NCBI GenBank assembly: GCA_049942765.1
Contig: CP188086.1
Location: 1-32,000 of the forward strand
Length of the DNA stretch: 32,000 bases
Direction of reading: 5' to 3'
From: Candidatus Saccharimonadota bacterium
Lineage (GTDB): Bacteria > Pseudomonadota > Gammaproteobacteria > Enterobacterales > Enterobacteriaceae
The position numbers and the translations under genes were made by a program. Of the stretch, positions 8,406-19,022 are shown one piece after another. The first letter of the stretch is position 1, and each line of letters starts with the position of its first letter. The notes under the pieces were generated by a model that was not told the DNA's origin, did no database searches, and saw only the letters and a program-made list of their open reading frames with translations.

Positions 8406-9922
8406 CTAAATGTGATTTATATCATTAATTAATTTATTTTTTTGTTTTTTGGATGATTTATCCATAGCTATGACGTTTAGTAATCCTTCAGCATTAATTT
8501 CAAATGTTATAGAAATTTTATGTGTTCCAGCTAATTTAGGTTCTAGTCCTTTAAATGAAAATCGTTGTAGAGATTTACAGTGTTTAACTTGATCTGATTC
8601 TCCTTGTAATATATGAATGATAATAGCAGTTTGACCATCTTTATAAGTTGTGAATTCTTTAGTTTGAGAAGTTGGTATTTTAGTATTTTTAAAAATGATT
8701 TTTTCTACTAAACCACCTATTACTTCTATACCTAATGATAATGGCAGAACATCTAATAATAACCAATTATTTTTTGGTTTATGTGTTATTAGGTTATGAG
8801 CATGTATAGCAGATCCTAATGCAACAGTTTCTTCTGGATTTAAAGTAGATAATGGTGTTTGTTGAAAAAATATTTCAACTTTTTGTTTGATGAATGGAAT
8901 GTGAGTAGAACCTCCTACTAATATAATATTATTAATATTTTTTAATTTAATTTTAGCGTCATTTAAAGCGATTTTACAGCAATTTAATGTTTTATTTATG
9001 GAAGGTTCAATTAATTCATTAAATTCTGTTCTAGTGATGGAATAAGATGTATTTTTGTGTTTAAAAGGAACATTGATAAATTTTGATAATTGTTTTTTGA
9101 TATTTTTAGCTGATAAAAAAAATTTTTGACGTTCATCTAAAGTAATATTACTTTGATTTAGTTTTAATTTTGATAATATATGATTATATAACATGTAGTC
9201 AAAGTCATCACCACCTAAATTAGTATCTCCATTAGTAGCTAACACTTCAAAAATATTTTTGTTTATTTTTAATATTGAAAAATCAAAAGTACCTCCTCCT
9301 AAATCATAAATAGCAATAATTCCTTTTTTTGAGTTATTAAAACCATATGCAATAGCAGCAGCTGTTGGTTCATTTAATAAACGAAAATTAGTTAATCCTG
9401 ATTGTATAATAGCTTCTTTTGTTGCTTTTCTTTGAACATCATTAAAATATGCAGGAACAGTAATTACTGCATATTCAATGTTTTTTTTGTGATTGTTTGT
9501 TGTTCTTTTTATTAATGATTGAATTATTTTGCTTGAAATTTGAGTAACTGAAAACATTCCCTGTACAGTTGAAATTAAGGTTTGGTTATTTTTATCTGCT
9601 GAGAGCAAATATGGTATGTTTGGATATAGACGTTTAATTGTTTCTAAAGATAGTCCCATCAGACGTTTTATAGAGACAATGGTATTAGTAATATCAGTAT
9701 TAAGATAATTAATGGCTTTCTGACCTACAGTAATTTTATTAGGACCAACATGTACAATAGAATGTAAAATTTTATGGTTATGATGATCAGTTAATATTTT
9801 CAATTGATTATTGTAATTAGTAGCAATTAAAGAATGTGTAGTACCTAAATCAATTCCAATAGAAAACTTGTTAGTTTGGTGAATATCAATATTTTTATTT
9901 TTTTTTTAATATGTGTTATCAT
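8406..9922 (-). pseudogene. hscA: Fe-S cluster chaperone HscA (Hsp70 family), frameshifted in an A10 tract near the 5' end and missing the C-terminal helical lid
   Basis: The tracked ORF (8406-9803, TTG start) begins at the equivalent of about residue 50. The same frame continues upstream through KNKNIDIHQTNKFSIGIDLGTTHSLIATNYNNQ, which contains the Hsp70 phosphate-1 motif, and reaches an in-frame TAA. An ATG at 9922-9920 lies 11 nt after the hscB stop, reads MITHIKKK into the A10 run (T10 on + at 9898-9907), and is one base out of frame. The product would be ~505 aa, against 616 aa for E. coli HscA. It ends about 16 residues after the AMDKSS (AMEKST) segment. Confidence 0.85.
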
Positions 9923-9933
9923 TTAAGGTTCTC

Positions 9934-10455
9934 TTATGTAATTTCAGTAGTGTCAATAATCTCGTTTACTTGTTTTTTTAATTTCAAAAAATATTCTAGT
10001 TTTTGTACTATTAAACTAGCATTTATCCATTCTTGTTGATTAAAATATTTTGTTAAAATAGAATAATATTTTTTAATTTTGTATTTTACTATATTTTTTT
10101 TAAATGTATATAATGTTTCTCTTGTAGCATGATTTAATTTTAAATTATGTAAATCTTCACATAATGTATAATATTTTACAAAAAAAATTTTATCAGTTAA
10201 ACAATAATTTTTATGACTAATATTGATTTTATTTAATTGTAATAAATATTTAGCTCGATCCTGTGGGTTTTTTAAAATATGATATCCTTGATTGATAATC
10301 ATTGATTTTTTTAAAGCTTTTTTTTGATTATTTATGGTATCTAATATAAATAAATCTGGATGATATTTTTTTTGCAAAAAATAAAAATTTTTAGTTAATT
10401 TATTTTTATTAATTGCAAATTCTTGATTTAAATTAAATAATTCAAAGTAATTCAT
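9934..10455 (-). CDS. hscB: J-domain co-chaperone HscB
   Basis: 173 aa with an N-terminal J domain carrying the HPD motif (KKYHPDLF). Located between iscU and hscA, as in the E. coli isc operon. Confidence 0.9.
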   Translation of the reverse strand: MNYFELFNLNQEFAINKNKLTKNFYFLQKKYHPDLFILDTINNQKKALKKSMIINQGYHILKNPQDRAKYLLQLNKINISHKNYCLTDKIFFVKYYTLCEDLHNLKLNHATRETLYTFKKNIVKYKIKKYYSILTKYFNQQEWINASLIVQKLEYFLKLKKQVNEIIDTTEIT

Positions 10456-10513
10456 TATATTCTCATGTTTTAATTGAAGTATTAAACATCTTTGATTTAT
10501 TTTTTAATAAGTT

Positions 10514-10921
10514 TCAATTTTTAGAATCAAATTGTTGATTTTTTAGTTTTTTATTTTTGTAGTCTAAAATAGCTGCTTTAATGGCTTCTTCTGCTAAAAT
10601 TGAGCAATGTATTTTTACTGGTGGTAGTTCTAGTTCTTTTACTATGCTAGTGTTTTTTATTTTTTCTGCTTCTGTTAAAGACTTACCTTTAATCCATTCT
10701 GTGATTAATGAACTAGATGCTATAGCAGAACCACAACCGTAGGTTTTAAAACATGCATCTTCGATCATACCTTCATTGTTAACTTTAATTTGTAATTTCA
10801 TAACATCCCCACAGGCTGGTGCTCCTACTAAACTACTTCCAATATTAACGTCATTTTCTGGAAATGATCCTACATTTCTGGGGTTTTCATAATGATCTAT
10901 TACTTTTTTACTGTATGTCAT
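10514..10921 (-). CDS. iscU: Fe-S cluster scaffold protein IscU
   Basis: 135 aa and near-identical in blocks to E. coli IscU: VIDHYENPRNVGSF, GAPACGDVMKLQIKV, FKTYGCGSAIASSS, LPPVKIHCSILAE. Confidence 0.97.
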   Translation of the reverse strand: MTYSKKVIDHYENPRNVGSFPENDVNIGSSLVGAPACGDVMKLQIKVNNEGMIEDACFKTYGCGSAIASSSLITEWIKGKSLTEAEKIKNTSIVKELELPPVKIHCSILAEEAIKAAILDYKNKKLKNQQFDSKN

Positions 10922-10961
10922 ATGGCATTCCTTATTTTAATAAATGTATGTAAAAAATAAG

Positions 10962-12176
10962 TTATAATTTCCAATTAATATCGTTTAAATTAATACCAGA
11001 TTGGTGCATTTCCCACAATGGAGATAATGCTCTTAATTTAGATATGGATGTATGAATTGATTGAATTGTGTAATCGATTTCCTCTGTTGTAGTAAAAAAA
11101 CCTATAGAGAATCTAATAGAACTATGTGCTAATTCATCTTTAATATTCATAGCTTTTAAAACATACGATGGTTCTAAACTAACCGATGTACAAGCTGATC
11201 CAGATGAAACTGCTAGATTTTTTAGTCCCATAATTAATGATTCACCTTCTACGTAATTAAAACTAACATTTAAGATGTGAGGAGCACTATTGTTCATGTG
11301 AGAATTTAAGTATACTTCTTCAATATTTTTAATTCCATTCCATAGTCGTTCTTTTAGCAATTGAAGTCTATTTGGTTCTTTTTGAATGTGATAGACTGCT
11401 AATCGACAAGCTTCTCCCATTCCTACAATTTGATGTACAGGCAAGGTTCCTGATCGAAAACCTCTTTCATGCCCACCTCCGTGAATTTGTGGAACAAGTC
11501 TTATTCTAGGTTTTCTTTTAATATATAAAGCACCAATACCTTTAGGTCCATAGATTTTATGTGAACTAAAAGAAATTAATCCAATATTGATTTTTTTTAC
11601 ATCTATTGGTATTTTTCCAATGCTTTGTGTCATATCTACATGAAATGTAAGATTATATTTTTCGCACAATAGAGCAATAGATTCTATGTCTTGTATAATA
11701 CCTGTCTCATTATTAACATGCATAATAGAAATTAGTATTGTATTTTTTGTTATAGAATCTTCTAGATTTTTTAAATTAATTAACCCATTTGATTCAGGAT
11801 TTACATAAGTTATATTAATTTTTTTAGTTTCTAAATATCGACATGTATCTAATATAGATTTATGTTCTGTACTGCTGGTGATAATATGATTACCTTTAGA
11901 TTGATAGAATTCTGTAAAACCTTTAATAGATAAATTATTAGATTCTGTTGCTCCAGATGTAAATATTATTTCTCTTTCATCTGCATTTATTAATGTAGCA
12001 ATGTGGTTTCTAGCAATATCGATGGCTTCTTCAGCTTTCCATCCAAAAACATGTGATCTTGAAGCAGCATTTCCAAAATTTCCCGGTATGGTATAGTAGG
12101 AATTCATTTTTTCTATTACTTCAGGCATCATAGGTGTAGTAGCTGCGTAATCTAAATAAATTGGAAATTTAATCAA
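10962..12176 (-). CDS. iscS: Cysteine desulfurase IscS (PLP-dependent)
   Basis: 404 aa, the same length as E. coli IscS. It carries the [20 protein letters not shown]-lysine region and the SSGSACTS active-site Cys loop. The start codon is TTG, preceded by GAGG 5 nt upstream. Confidence 0.97.
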   Translation of the reverse strand: MIKFPIYLDYAATTPMMPEVIEKMNSYYTIPGNFGNAASRSHVFGWKAEEAIDIARNHIATLINADEREIIFTSGATESNNLSIKGFTEFYQSKGNHIITSSTEHKSILDTCRYLETKKINITYVNPESNGLINLKNLEDSITKNTILISIMHVNNETGIIQDIESIALLCEKYNLTFHVDMTQSIGKIPIDVKKINIGLISFSSHKIYGPKGIGALYIKRKPRIRLVPQIHGGGHERGFRSGTLPVHQIVGMGEACRLAVYHIQKEPNRLQLLKERLWNGIKNIEEVYLNSHMNNSAPHILNVSFNYVEGESLIMGLKNLAVSSGSACTSVSLEPSYVLKAMNIKDELAHSSIRFSIGFFTTTEEIDYTIQSIHTSISKLRALSPLWEMHQSGINLNDINWKL

Positions 12177-12537
12177 GTGAACCTCAATTTAATTTAATAA
12201 TTTTTCTCTGATAATTATTAAAATTAATAATTTATCTAAATGTTTATTTAATTATATATTATAAATCATTTTTTATGATATAAGTAATACTTATTACATA
12301 TATATTTTTTAAGAAGTTATTGATTTTTTATATAACCCAATATAATATTATTAATATAATCGATATTAATGTAATATTACTGTCTGACTTTGTTAATTGT
12401 TTAAGTTTTATTTATTTTTAGATATTAAATTTTTGGGATTTAGTTTCTTTTATAATATATGTATGTATATATTAAAAATAATTACTTAAATTTTGATTTA
12501 TCATTTAAGTTTTGAGATAGTATTTAAATTTATGTAA

Positions 12538-12611
12538 GAGGGCGTAGTTCAATTAGGTAGAGCATCGGTCTCCAAAACCGAGTGTTGGGGGTTCGATTCC
12601 CTCCGCCCTTG
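12538..12611 (+). tRNA. trpT: tRNA-Trp (anticodon CCA)
   Basis: A cloverleaf can be drawn by hand. Acceptor stem GAGGGCG/CGCCCTT, anticodon arm TCGGT-CTCCAAA-ACCGA, T arm GGGGG-TTCGATT-CCCTC. Near-identical to recalled E. coli tRNA-Trp. The 3' CCA is not encoded. Confidence 0.9.
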
Positions 12612-12634
12612 TAAAATATGATAGAGAATGTTGA

Positions 12635-12733
12635 TTGTTTCATAATTTTATAAATTAAAAATAAGGTTTTAAATAAATTTCATAATGAAATTTATTTAAA
12701 ACCTTATTTTTAATTTATAAAATTATGAAACAA
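12635..12733. repeat. Perfect 99-bp palindrome (two 49-bp arms around a single central base) between tRNA-Trp and ilvD; possible terminator or RNA-structure element
   Basis: The reverse complement of the left arm (12635-12683) was checked base by base and equals the right arm (12685-12733); the centre is A12684. The right arm ends inside or next to the ilvD Shine-Dalgarno (AAGGA, 12733-12737), and the ATG is at 12744. Confidence 0.9.
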
Positions 12734-12743
12734 AGGAATTATT

Positions 12744-14582
12744 ATGTTAAAATATCGATCAAGCATAACGACTAGCGGAAAGAATATGGTTGGTGCACGT
12801 TCATTATGGAAAGCTACTGGAATGAAAGATGGAGATTTTAATAAACCTATCATCGCTATCGTGAATTCTTTTACAGAATTTGTACCTGGTCATATTCATT
12901 TACGTGGTGTAGGATCTATTGTTTCTCGATCTATCTATGATGCCGGAGGTGTTGCAAAAGAATTTAATACTATTGCTATAGATGATGGTATAGCAATGGG
13001 TCATTCTGGTATGTTGTATTCTCTACCTTCTAGGGAATTGATCGCTAATTCTATAGAATATATGATTAATGCACATTGTGTAGATGCTATGGTTTGTATT
13101 TCTAATTGTGATAAAATAACTCCAGGTATGTTAATGGCTGCATTACGTCTTAATATCCCCGTTGTTTTTGTTTCTGGTGGTCCAATGGAAGCTGGTCGTA
13201 TTTTAGATAGGGATAAAAAAATTATTAAATTAGATTTAGTTGATGCAATTATTCATGGATCTAAAAATTATTCTGAAGAACAGTCGAAAGTTATAGAAAA
13301 TGCTGCTTGCCCTACTTGTGGTTCATGTTCTGGATTATTTACTGCTAATTCGATGAATTGTCTTATGGAAGTGTTGGGTTTAGCATTACCTGGAAATGGT
13401 ACTTTATTAGCAACACATAAAGATCGGAAACAGTTGTTTATTGATATTGGAAAAATAATTGTTAAGATTACAAAATCTTATTATCAAAAAGGTAATAAAC
13501 AGGTTTTACCAAGAGTAATCGCAAATAAATCAGCTTTTAAAAATGCTATGATATTAGACATTGCTATAGGTGGTTCAACAAATACTATTTTACATTTATT
13601 AGCAGCTGCACATGAAGGTGAAGTTGATTTTGGTATCAAAGATATTGATCATTTGTCTAGACTAGTACCACATATATGTAAAGTTTCACCAAGTAGCTCA
13701 CAGTATTATATGGAAGATATGCACCGATCTGGTGGGGTTATGGGTATATTAGGTGAATTACAAAAAGTTAATTTGTTAGATGTGCAAACTAAAAATATTT
13801 TAGAATTAACATTAAAAGATACTTTAAGTCAATATGATGTAATGCAGACAACAAATAAACAAATAATAAAAATGTTTCGTGCTGGTCCTATGGGAGTACG
13901 TACTATTATACCATTTTCTCAAGAATTTCGATGGGATTCAATTGATAGTGATCGACGCTATGGATGTGTGCGATCTGTAGAGTATGCATATAGTAAAGAA
14001 GGTGGTTTAGCTGTATTATACGGTAACATTGCTAAAGATGGATGTGTAGTAAAAACGGCAGGTGTTAATAAAAACAATTATATTTTTGAAGGTGTTGCTA
14101 AAGTATATGAAAGTCAAGAAGATGCAGTGTATGCTATTTTAAATAGACAGGTTTTTGATGGTGATGTAGTGGTAATTAGATATGAAGGACCTAAAGGTGG
14201 TCCAGGTATGCAGGAAATGCTTTATCCTACAACATATTTAAAATCTATGAAATTAAATGAATCATGTGCTCTTATTACAGATGGAAGATTTTCAGGAGGA
14301 ACTGCTGGATTGTCTATAGGACATATATCTCCTGAAGCTGCCAATAAAGGTATAATTGCATTAGTAAAAGATGGTGATGTTATTATAATTAATATACCTA
14401 AACGTTTTATCCATCTTAATATTTCAGAAGAAGAACTCATCGTACGAAAAAAATTAGAAGAATCTCGAGGTCATAAAGCATATAAACCTCATTGCAAGCG
14501 TAAGAGAGTAGTTTCCTCTGCTTTAAAAATGTATTCTTTTTTTGCTACTAGTGCTGATCAAGGTGCTATTTTAAAAATGTAA
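12744..14582 (+). CDS. ilvD: Dihydroxy-acid dehydratase
   Basis: 612 aa (E. coli 616 aa). Conserved blocks include MLKYRS..TTxGxNMxGARx[19 protein letters not shown]-like CGSCSG, and FSGGT in the C-terminal region. Confidence 0.97.
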   Translation: MLKYRSSITTSGKNMVGARSLWKATGMKDGDFNKPIIAIVNSFTEFVPGHIHLRGVGSIVSRSIYDAGGVAKEFNTIAIDDGIAMGHSGMLYSLPSRELIANSIEYMINAHCVDAMVCISNCDKITPGMLMAALRLNIPVVFVSGGPMEAGRILDRDKKIIKLDLVDAIIHGSKNYSEEQSKVIENAACPTCGSCSGLFTANSMNCLMEVLGLALPGNGTLLATHKDRKQLFIDIGKIIVKITKSYYQKGNKQVLPRVIANKSAFKNAMILDIAIGGSTNTILHLLAAAHEGEVDFGIKDIDHLSRLVPHICKVSPSSSQYYMEDMHRSGGVMGILGELQKVNLLDVQTKNILELTLKDTLSQYDVMQTTNKQIIKMFRAGPMGVRTIIPFSQEFRWDSIDSDRRYGCVRSVEYAYSKEGGLAVLYGNIAKDGCVVKTAGVNKNNYIFEGVAKVYESQEDAVYAILNRQVFDGDVVVIRYEGPKGGPGMQEMLYPTTYLKSMKLNESCALITDGRFSGGTAGLSIGHISPEAANKGIIALVKDGDVIIINIPKRFIHLNISEEELIVRKKLEESRGHKAYKPHCKRKRVVSSALKMYSFFATSADQGAILKM

Positions 14583-14726
14583 TGTATATAGTATTTATTA
14601 TACCTATCGTAATAGATAAATTTGATGTTATTATTAATATTTTAAATGGTTATTTTTTATTATAAAAATATTTTTATGTATGTTTTTATAATTGGATATC
14701 AATATAATTTTTTTTTGGACAAACAT

Positions 14727-16202
14727 ATGATAAATTATTTTAGTAACTTAAATTTTAGAAAACAATTGATAGAACTTCAAAAATGTCGTCTGATGAGATC
14801 AGAAGAATTTTATAGTCAATGTTCATGCTTAATTGAAAAAAAAATAGTTATTGTAGGATGTGGTTCTCAAGGATTAAATCAGGGTTTAAACATGAGAGAT
14901 TCAGGATTAAACATTTCCTTTGCTTTAAGATCAGAATCTATTCGTTCTAAAAACCAATCATGGAAAAGAGCTATTAAACATAATTTTCTTGTAGATACAT
15001 ATGAAAATTTAATTCCTAATGCAGATTTAGTTATTAATTTAACACCGGATAAACAACATACTATAGTAGTTAAAGAACTTCAACCACTAATGAAAAATGG
15101 ATCAATATTAGGATATTCACATGGATTTAATATCGTAGAAATGGGTGAAAATATTAGAAAAGATATTACTGTGGTTATGGTTGCACCTAAATGTCCTGGT
15201 TCAGAAGTTAGAGAAGAATATCAAAGAAATTTTGGAGTTCCAACGTTAATTGCTGTTCATCAAGAAAACGATCCGAAAAACATAGGTTTAGAAATTGCTA
15301 AAGCTTGGTCTGTAGCTTTAGGTAGTCATCATGCTGGAGTTTTAGAATCTTCTTTTGTAGCTGAAGTAAAATCAGATTTAATGGGAGAACAAACTATTTT
15401 ATGTGGTATGTTGCAAACTGGTAGTTTGGTATGTTATGAATATCTTATTGATCAAGGACATGATGCTGGTTATGCATGTAAGTTAATACAATATGGTTGG
15501 GAAGTCTTAACTGAATCGCTCAAACATGGTGGAATTACATTAATGTTAGATAGGGTTTCTAACACAGCAAAATTTAGAATATGTCAATTATCTTGTAAAT
15601 TAAAAAAATTGTTTAGACCATTATTTGAGAAGCATATGGATGATATTATTTCAGGTAATTTTTCTTCTAATATGATGTTAGATTGGAAGAATCATGATAA
15701 TCAATTGTTAACATGGAGAGAAGAAACAAAGCATACTAGTTTTGAAAATGCACCTAACTATACAGGCATGATTACAGAACAAGAGTATTTTAATCATTCT
15801 ATTTTTATGATTGCTATTATTAAATTTGGAGTTGAATTATCATTTGAAGTTATGACAGAAACCGGTATTATTCCAGAATCAGCATATTATGAATCTTTAC
15901 ATGAATTACCATTAATAGCAAATACAATTGCTAGAAAAAGATTATATGAAATGAATGTAGTAATATCAGATACAGCAGAATACGGTAATTATTTATTTTC
16001 TAAGTCTGCTTATCCTATTTTAAAAAAATTTGTAAAAACATTAGAATATGGTGACATGGGGCATGACATTATGTTTAAAAATATTAATAATATAGATTTG
16101 AATGCATTAAATTATGATATTGAACATCATGCTGCTATTGAATTAGTAGGTAAGGAATTAAGAAAAAAAATGAAAAATATGAAAGTTGTTTCTTGTATAT
16201 AA
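14727..16202 (+). CDS. ilvC: Ketol-acid reductoisomerase (class II)
   Basis: The tracked ORF starts at 14646. The ATG at 14727 gives [14 protein letters not shown], which aligns with the E. coli N-terminus MANYFNTLNLRQQL and yields 491 aa, the E. coli length. It carries the [22 protein letters not shown]-binding motif. Confidence 0.93.
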   Translation: MINYFSNLNFRKQLIELQKCRLMRSEEFYSQCSCLIEKKIVIVGCGSQGLNQGLNMRDSGLNISFALRSESIRSKNQSWKRAIKHNFLVDTYENLIPNADLVINLTPDKQHTIVVKELQPLMKNGSILGYSHGFNIVEMGENIRKDITVVMVAPKCPGSEVREEYQRNFGVPTLIAVHQENDPKNIGLEIAKAWSVALGSHHAGVLESSFVAEVKSDLMGEQTILCGMLQTGSLVCYEYLIDQGHDAGYACKLIQYGWEVLTESLKHGGITLMLDRVSNTAKFRICQLSCKLKKLFRPLFEKHMDDIISGNFSSNMMLDWKNHDNQLLTWREETKHTSFENAPNYTGMITEQEYFNHSIFMIAIIKFGVELSFEVMTETGIIPESAYYESLHELPLIANTIARKRLYEMNVVISDTAEYGNYLFSKSAYPILKKFVKTLEYGDMGHDIMFKNINNIDLNALNYDIEHHAAIELVGKELRKKMKNMKVVSCI

Positions 16203-18441
16203 TACATATCAAATAATGTTTTTTTATAGAAGACTATAAGTATTACTCTTTTGTTAAATATAAATTAGTGGTTGAATTATTTGTAAAAATATCAATTTTA
16301 TATATAGATATAGTCGTATATAATAATATTATTAACTATTTTTATTAATTTTGAATTGTTAAATATAAAAGATTATTTTTTAAGCATTTAATGAAAGAAT
16401 ATATTTGTATGTATTAATTGGTTTTATTTATATTTTTTTTGCTAAAAAATTATGTTATATATTTAATTAATTATTTTATTATTAATCATAATTATATTAC
16501 TAATTTAGTAATAGTTACTTTTTAAGTAATAGAAAATATTAATAATATTAAATGTAATTATATAGTTAATAATTGTTAATTCTTCATGGATTATTTCTTC
16601 TTTAGTATAGATATATATATAATATTTAAATTCTATTATGAATATTTTAAATTAATTTCGAATATAGAGAAGCAATGTTAGTGTTTATGTTAAAAAACTA
16701 TTTTTATTAAATTTAAGTTAGTTAATAAAATTTAAAAAAAATAGTTTAATTAATTGTATAAATAATTAATGTTAATTGTTTTTTTGATTTTTATAAAAAA
16801 TATTATTTATATTTAATATATTTTTAAATGATGGATTTTAATAATTTATTCTTTTCTATGTTAAGATCGAATGATCTTTTAATAAAATTGATTTTTGTAA
16901 TACAAAGTGTAATATTAATCAATTTATAAGGTTAATATTTTTAAAAGATAAGCATATAAAATTATTGATGTGTTTAAGGTTACAATTTTATTGTATTAAA
17001 TAATAACTAGTTATATATTGTTGTATAATATTAACAATTAATTTTAGTTAGTATATATTTATAATAAAATTTATTAATATGAATATTAATGATGGAATAG
17101 AGTTTATATTTTATCTACAAAACATTAATAATATTGAATATTTTTAATTCTAATAATTTAATAAATTAATGAATTGTCGATATTGTCATGTAATGTTTAT
17201 GTTTAAAGTTAATATATATAATATTTATATATAAAGGAATTTAAGAAAATTTTTTTATACAAAATATATAAATTTTGTTGTTAAAAAAGAAATTTATTTT
17301 TATTGTTATATTATTTAAATATTTAATCTTTTTTATTATGTACGGAGTCTATTAATGTTTAAATATAATATAAAATTTTTAGATGTTAATTATTCAAAAT
17401 TTAAAAAATTGTTTTTTATTGATAATTCATTAATAATTTATAAGATTAATTTTATAGAACAGTTATTAATATTTTTTTTTGATTTTTATTAAAAAATAAA
17501 TTATATAAATTCAACATATTATTAAAAAATTATTATTTGAATTTTTTATCTAAGTAATTTCTTTTTAAATGTTATTAATATAATAATATATATTTTTATA
17601 TTTTGATTTATATTTTTTTTAAATTGTTGAAGTAATTGAACATTTATAAAATTTTTTATTGTAGAATGGATATTGATTTTTTATATATAAACTTTAAAAA
17701 AAATAAATATATATTAGATTAAATTTCATACTAATAGTATGGATATTTTTTAATATAAAATAGAAATAGAAAAAATATAAATTAATTACTATAGAAAATT
17801 TATTTTTTATTTTATTTACTATTAATACATATGTAGATATAGTATCTATGTTATAAATAACAATTATACAAGAAATAAATTTAAATTAATGATAAAAATA
17901 GTGATTTACTAGTAGTTGAGTTCAAAATATTTATTATATATAAATAACAATGGTGAATTATTAGTTATTAACGATAATAAAAATAAAATTAATATAGATC
18001 AACAATTGTATTGTATTAATATTAAAAATGTGAATAAATTCAACTAATTAATTGTAATAAAAATTAAAATATATATTTTAAATAATAAAATTTATCAATA
18101 TAAAATAAGTTTTTTATTAAATGTATTGTAAAAATTTTTAATTAATTACTTAATGATAATTATTTCAAAATTATAAAATATAATAATTATTATTCATGTA
18201 TTTTAATTAATTATTAAGATAAAATTTGATGTAATATATACAGTTCTTAAAATTTTTTCTATTTTTTTTAAAAATTTGTATATATAATCTATAAAATTAT
18301 TAATTTGATATAATTTTAATAAATTTTTTTTTATGTATTTAATAGTGATAAAATATTTAATAGATGAAAAGATTATTAATATAATTTAATTAATGTTATA
18401 TAATATTTTAATGTTTCACACATAACTTATATAGGTTTAAT
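16203..18441. other. 2.24-kb non-coding gene desert (no ORF of 60 aa or more), probably the eroded remnant of ancestral gene(s)
   Basis: The six-frame track lists no ORF in this interval. The sequence is almost pure A/T, with no GC-rich island that would suggest a structured RNA. In E. coli the ilvC-trxA interval carries ppiC, rep, gppA and rhlB. Confidence 0.7.
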
Positions 18442-18771
18442 ATGAATCAAGGTAAAGTTATCATTTTAAATGATAAAAATTTTGATGATTATATTGCTAA
18501 TAATGTAGGATTATTATTAGTAGATTTTTGGGCTGAATGGTGTAATCCATGTAAGTTACTATTACCGATAATAGAAGAATTGTCTATAGAATACGATAAT
18601 CAATTAGTTATATCAAAAATAAATGTTTCAGATAATCCTGCTATAAGTGAAAAATATTGTATTCAAAGTATTCCTACAATATTGTTGTTCAAAAAAAATG
18701 ATATTGTTGATAAAAAGATAGGTATGTTATCTAAAATTGAGTTAAAAGAATGGATATCTACATATTTATAA
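18442..18771 (+). CDS. trxA: Thioredoxin 1 with a variant active site (WCNPCK instead of WCGPCK)
   Basis: 109 aa, collinear with E. coli TrxA (LVDFWAEWC.PCK, IPTLLLFK-like IPTILLFK). The codons TGG TGT AAT CCA TGT AAG were read directly at ~18538-18555. Confidence 0.93.
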   Translation: MNQGKVIILNDKNFDDYIANNVGLLLVDFWAEWCNPCKLLLPIIEELSIEYDNQLVISKINVSDNPAISEKYCIQSIPTILLFKKNDIVDKKIGMLSKIELKEWISTYL

Positions 18772-18804
18772 AAATTTTAAAAAATATAGTTTTCATATGG
18801 GTTA

Positions 18805-18837
18805 AGCGGTTTTATATATAAACATAAAAAAACCGCT
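18805..18837 (+). terminator. Possible intrinsic terminator or hairpin downstream of trxA
   Basis: A 9-bp stem, AGCGGTTTT (18805-18813) paired with AAAACCGCT (18829-18837), with a 15-nt loop. It is one of very few GC-containing stems in this AT-rich spacer. It is followed by AAATTTT rather than a clean U-run. Confidence 0.35.
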
Positions 18838-19022
18838 AAATTTTGAATGTATAAGAATATTAGTTTTATTGTGATTTTAGATAATAATATTTCTTATATT
18901 AAAAAAATATTGTAAAATATATATTTATTAAATGTAATATTGTTTTGTTAAGTTAATTTTTTAAATTTATTTTAATTTTTCATTTCGAGATTTACTTCAA
19001 GTTTACTAAGAAACCCACCATT

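Noticed and set aside
14222-14440. 72-aa ORF antisense to ilvD
   Set aside because: It lies wholly inside the well-conserved ilvD coding region on the opposite strand and has no recognisable product. It is a typical shadow ORF.
14646-14726. 27-codon N-terminal extension of the ilvC ORF ([27 protein letters not shown])
   Set aside because: The extension has no counterpart in IlvC. The ATG at 14727 reproduces the E. coli N-terminus (M-NYF) and the exact E. coli length of 491 aa.
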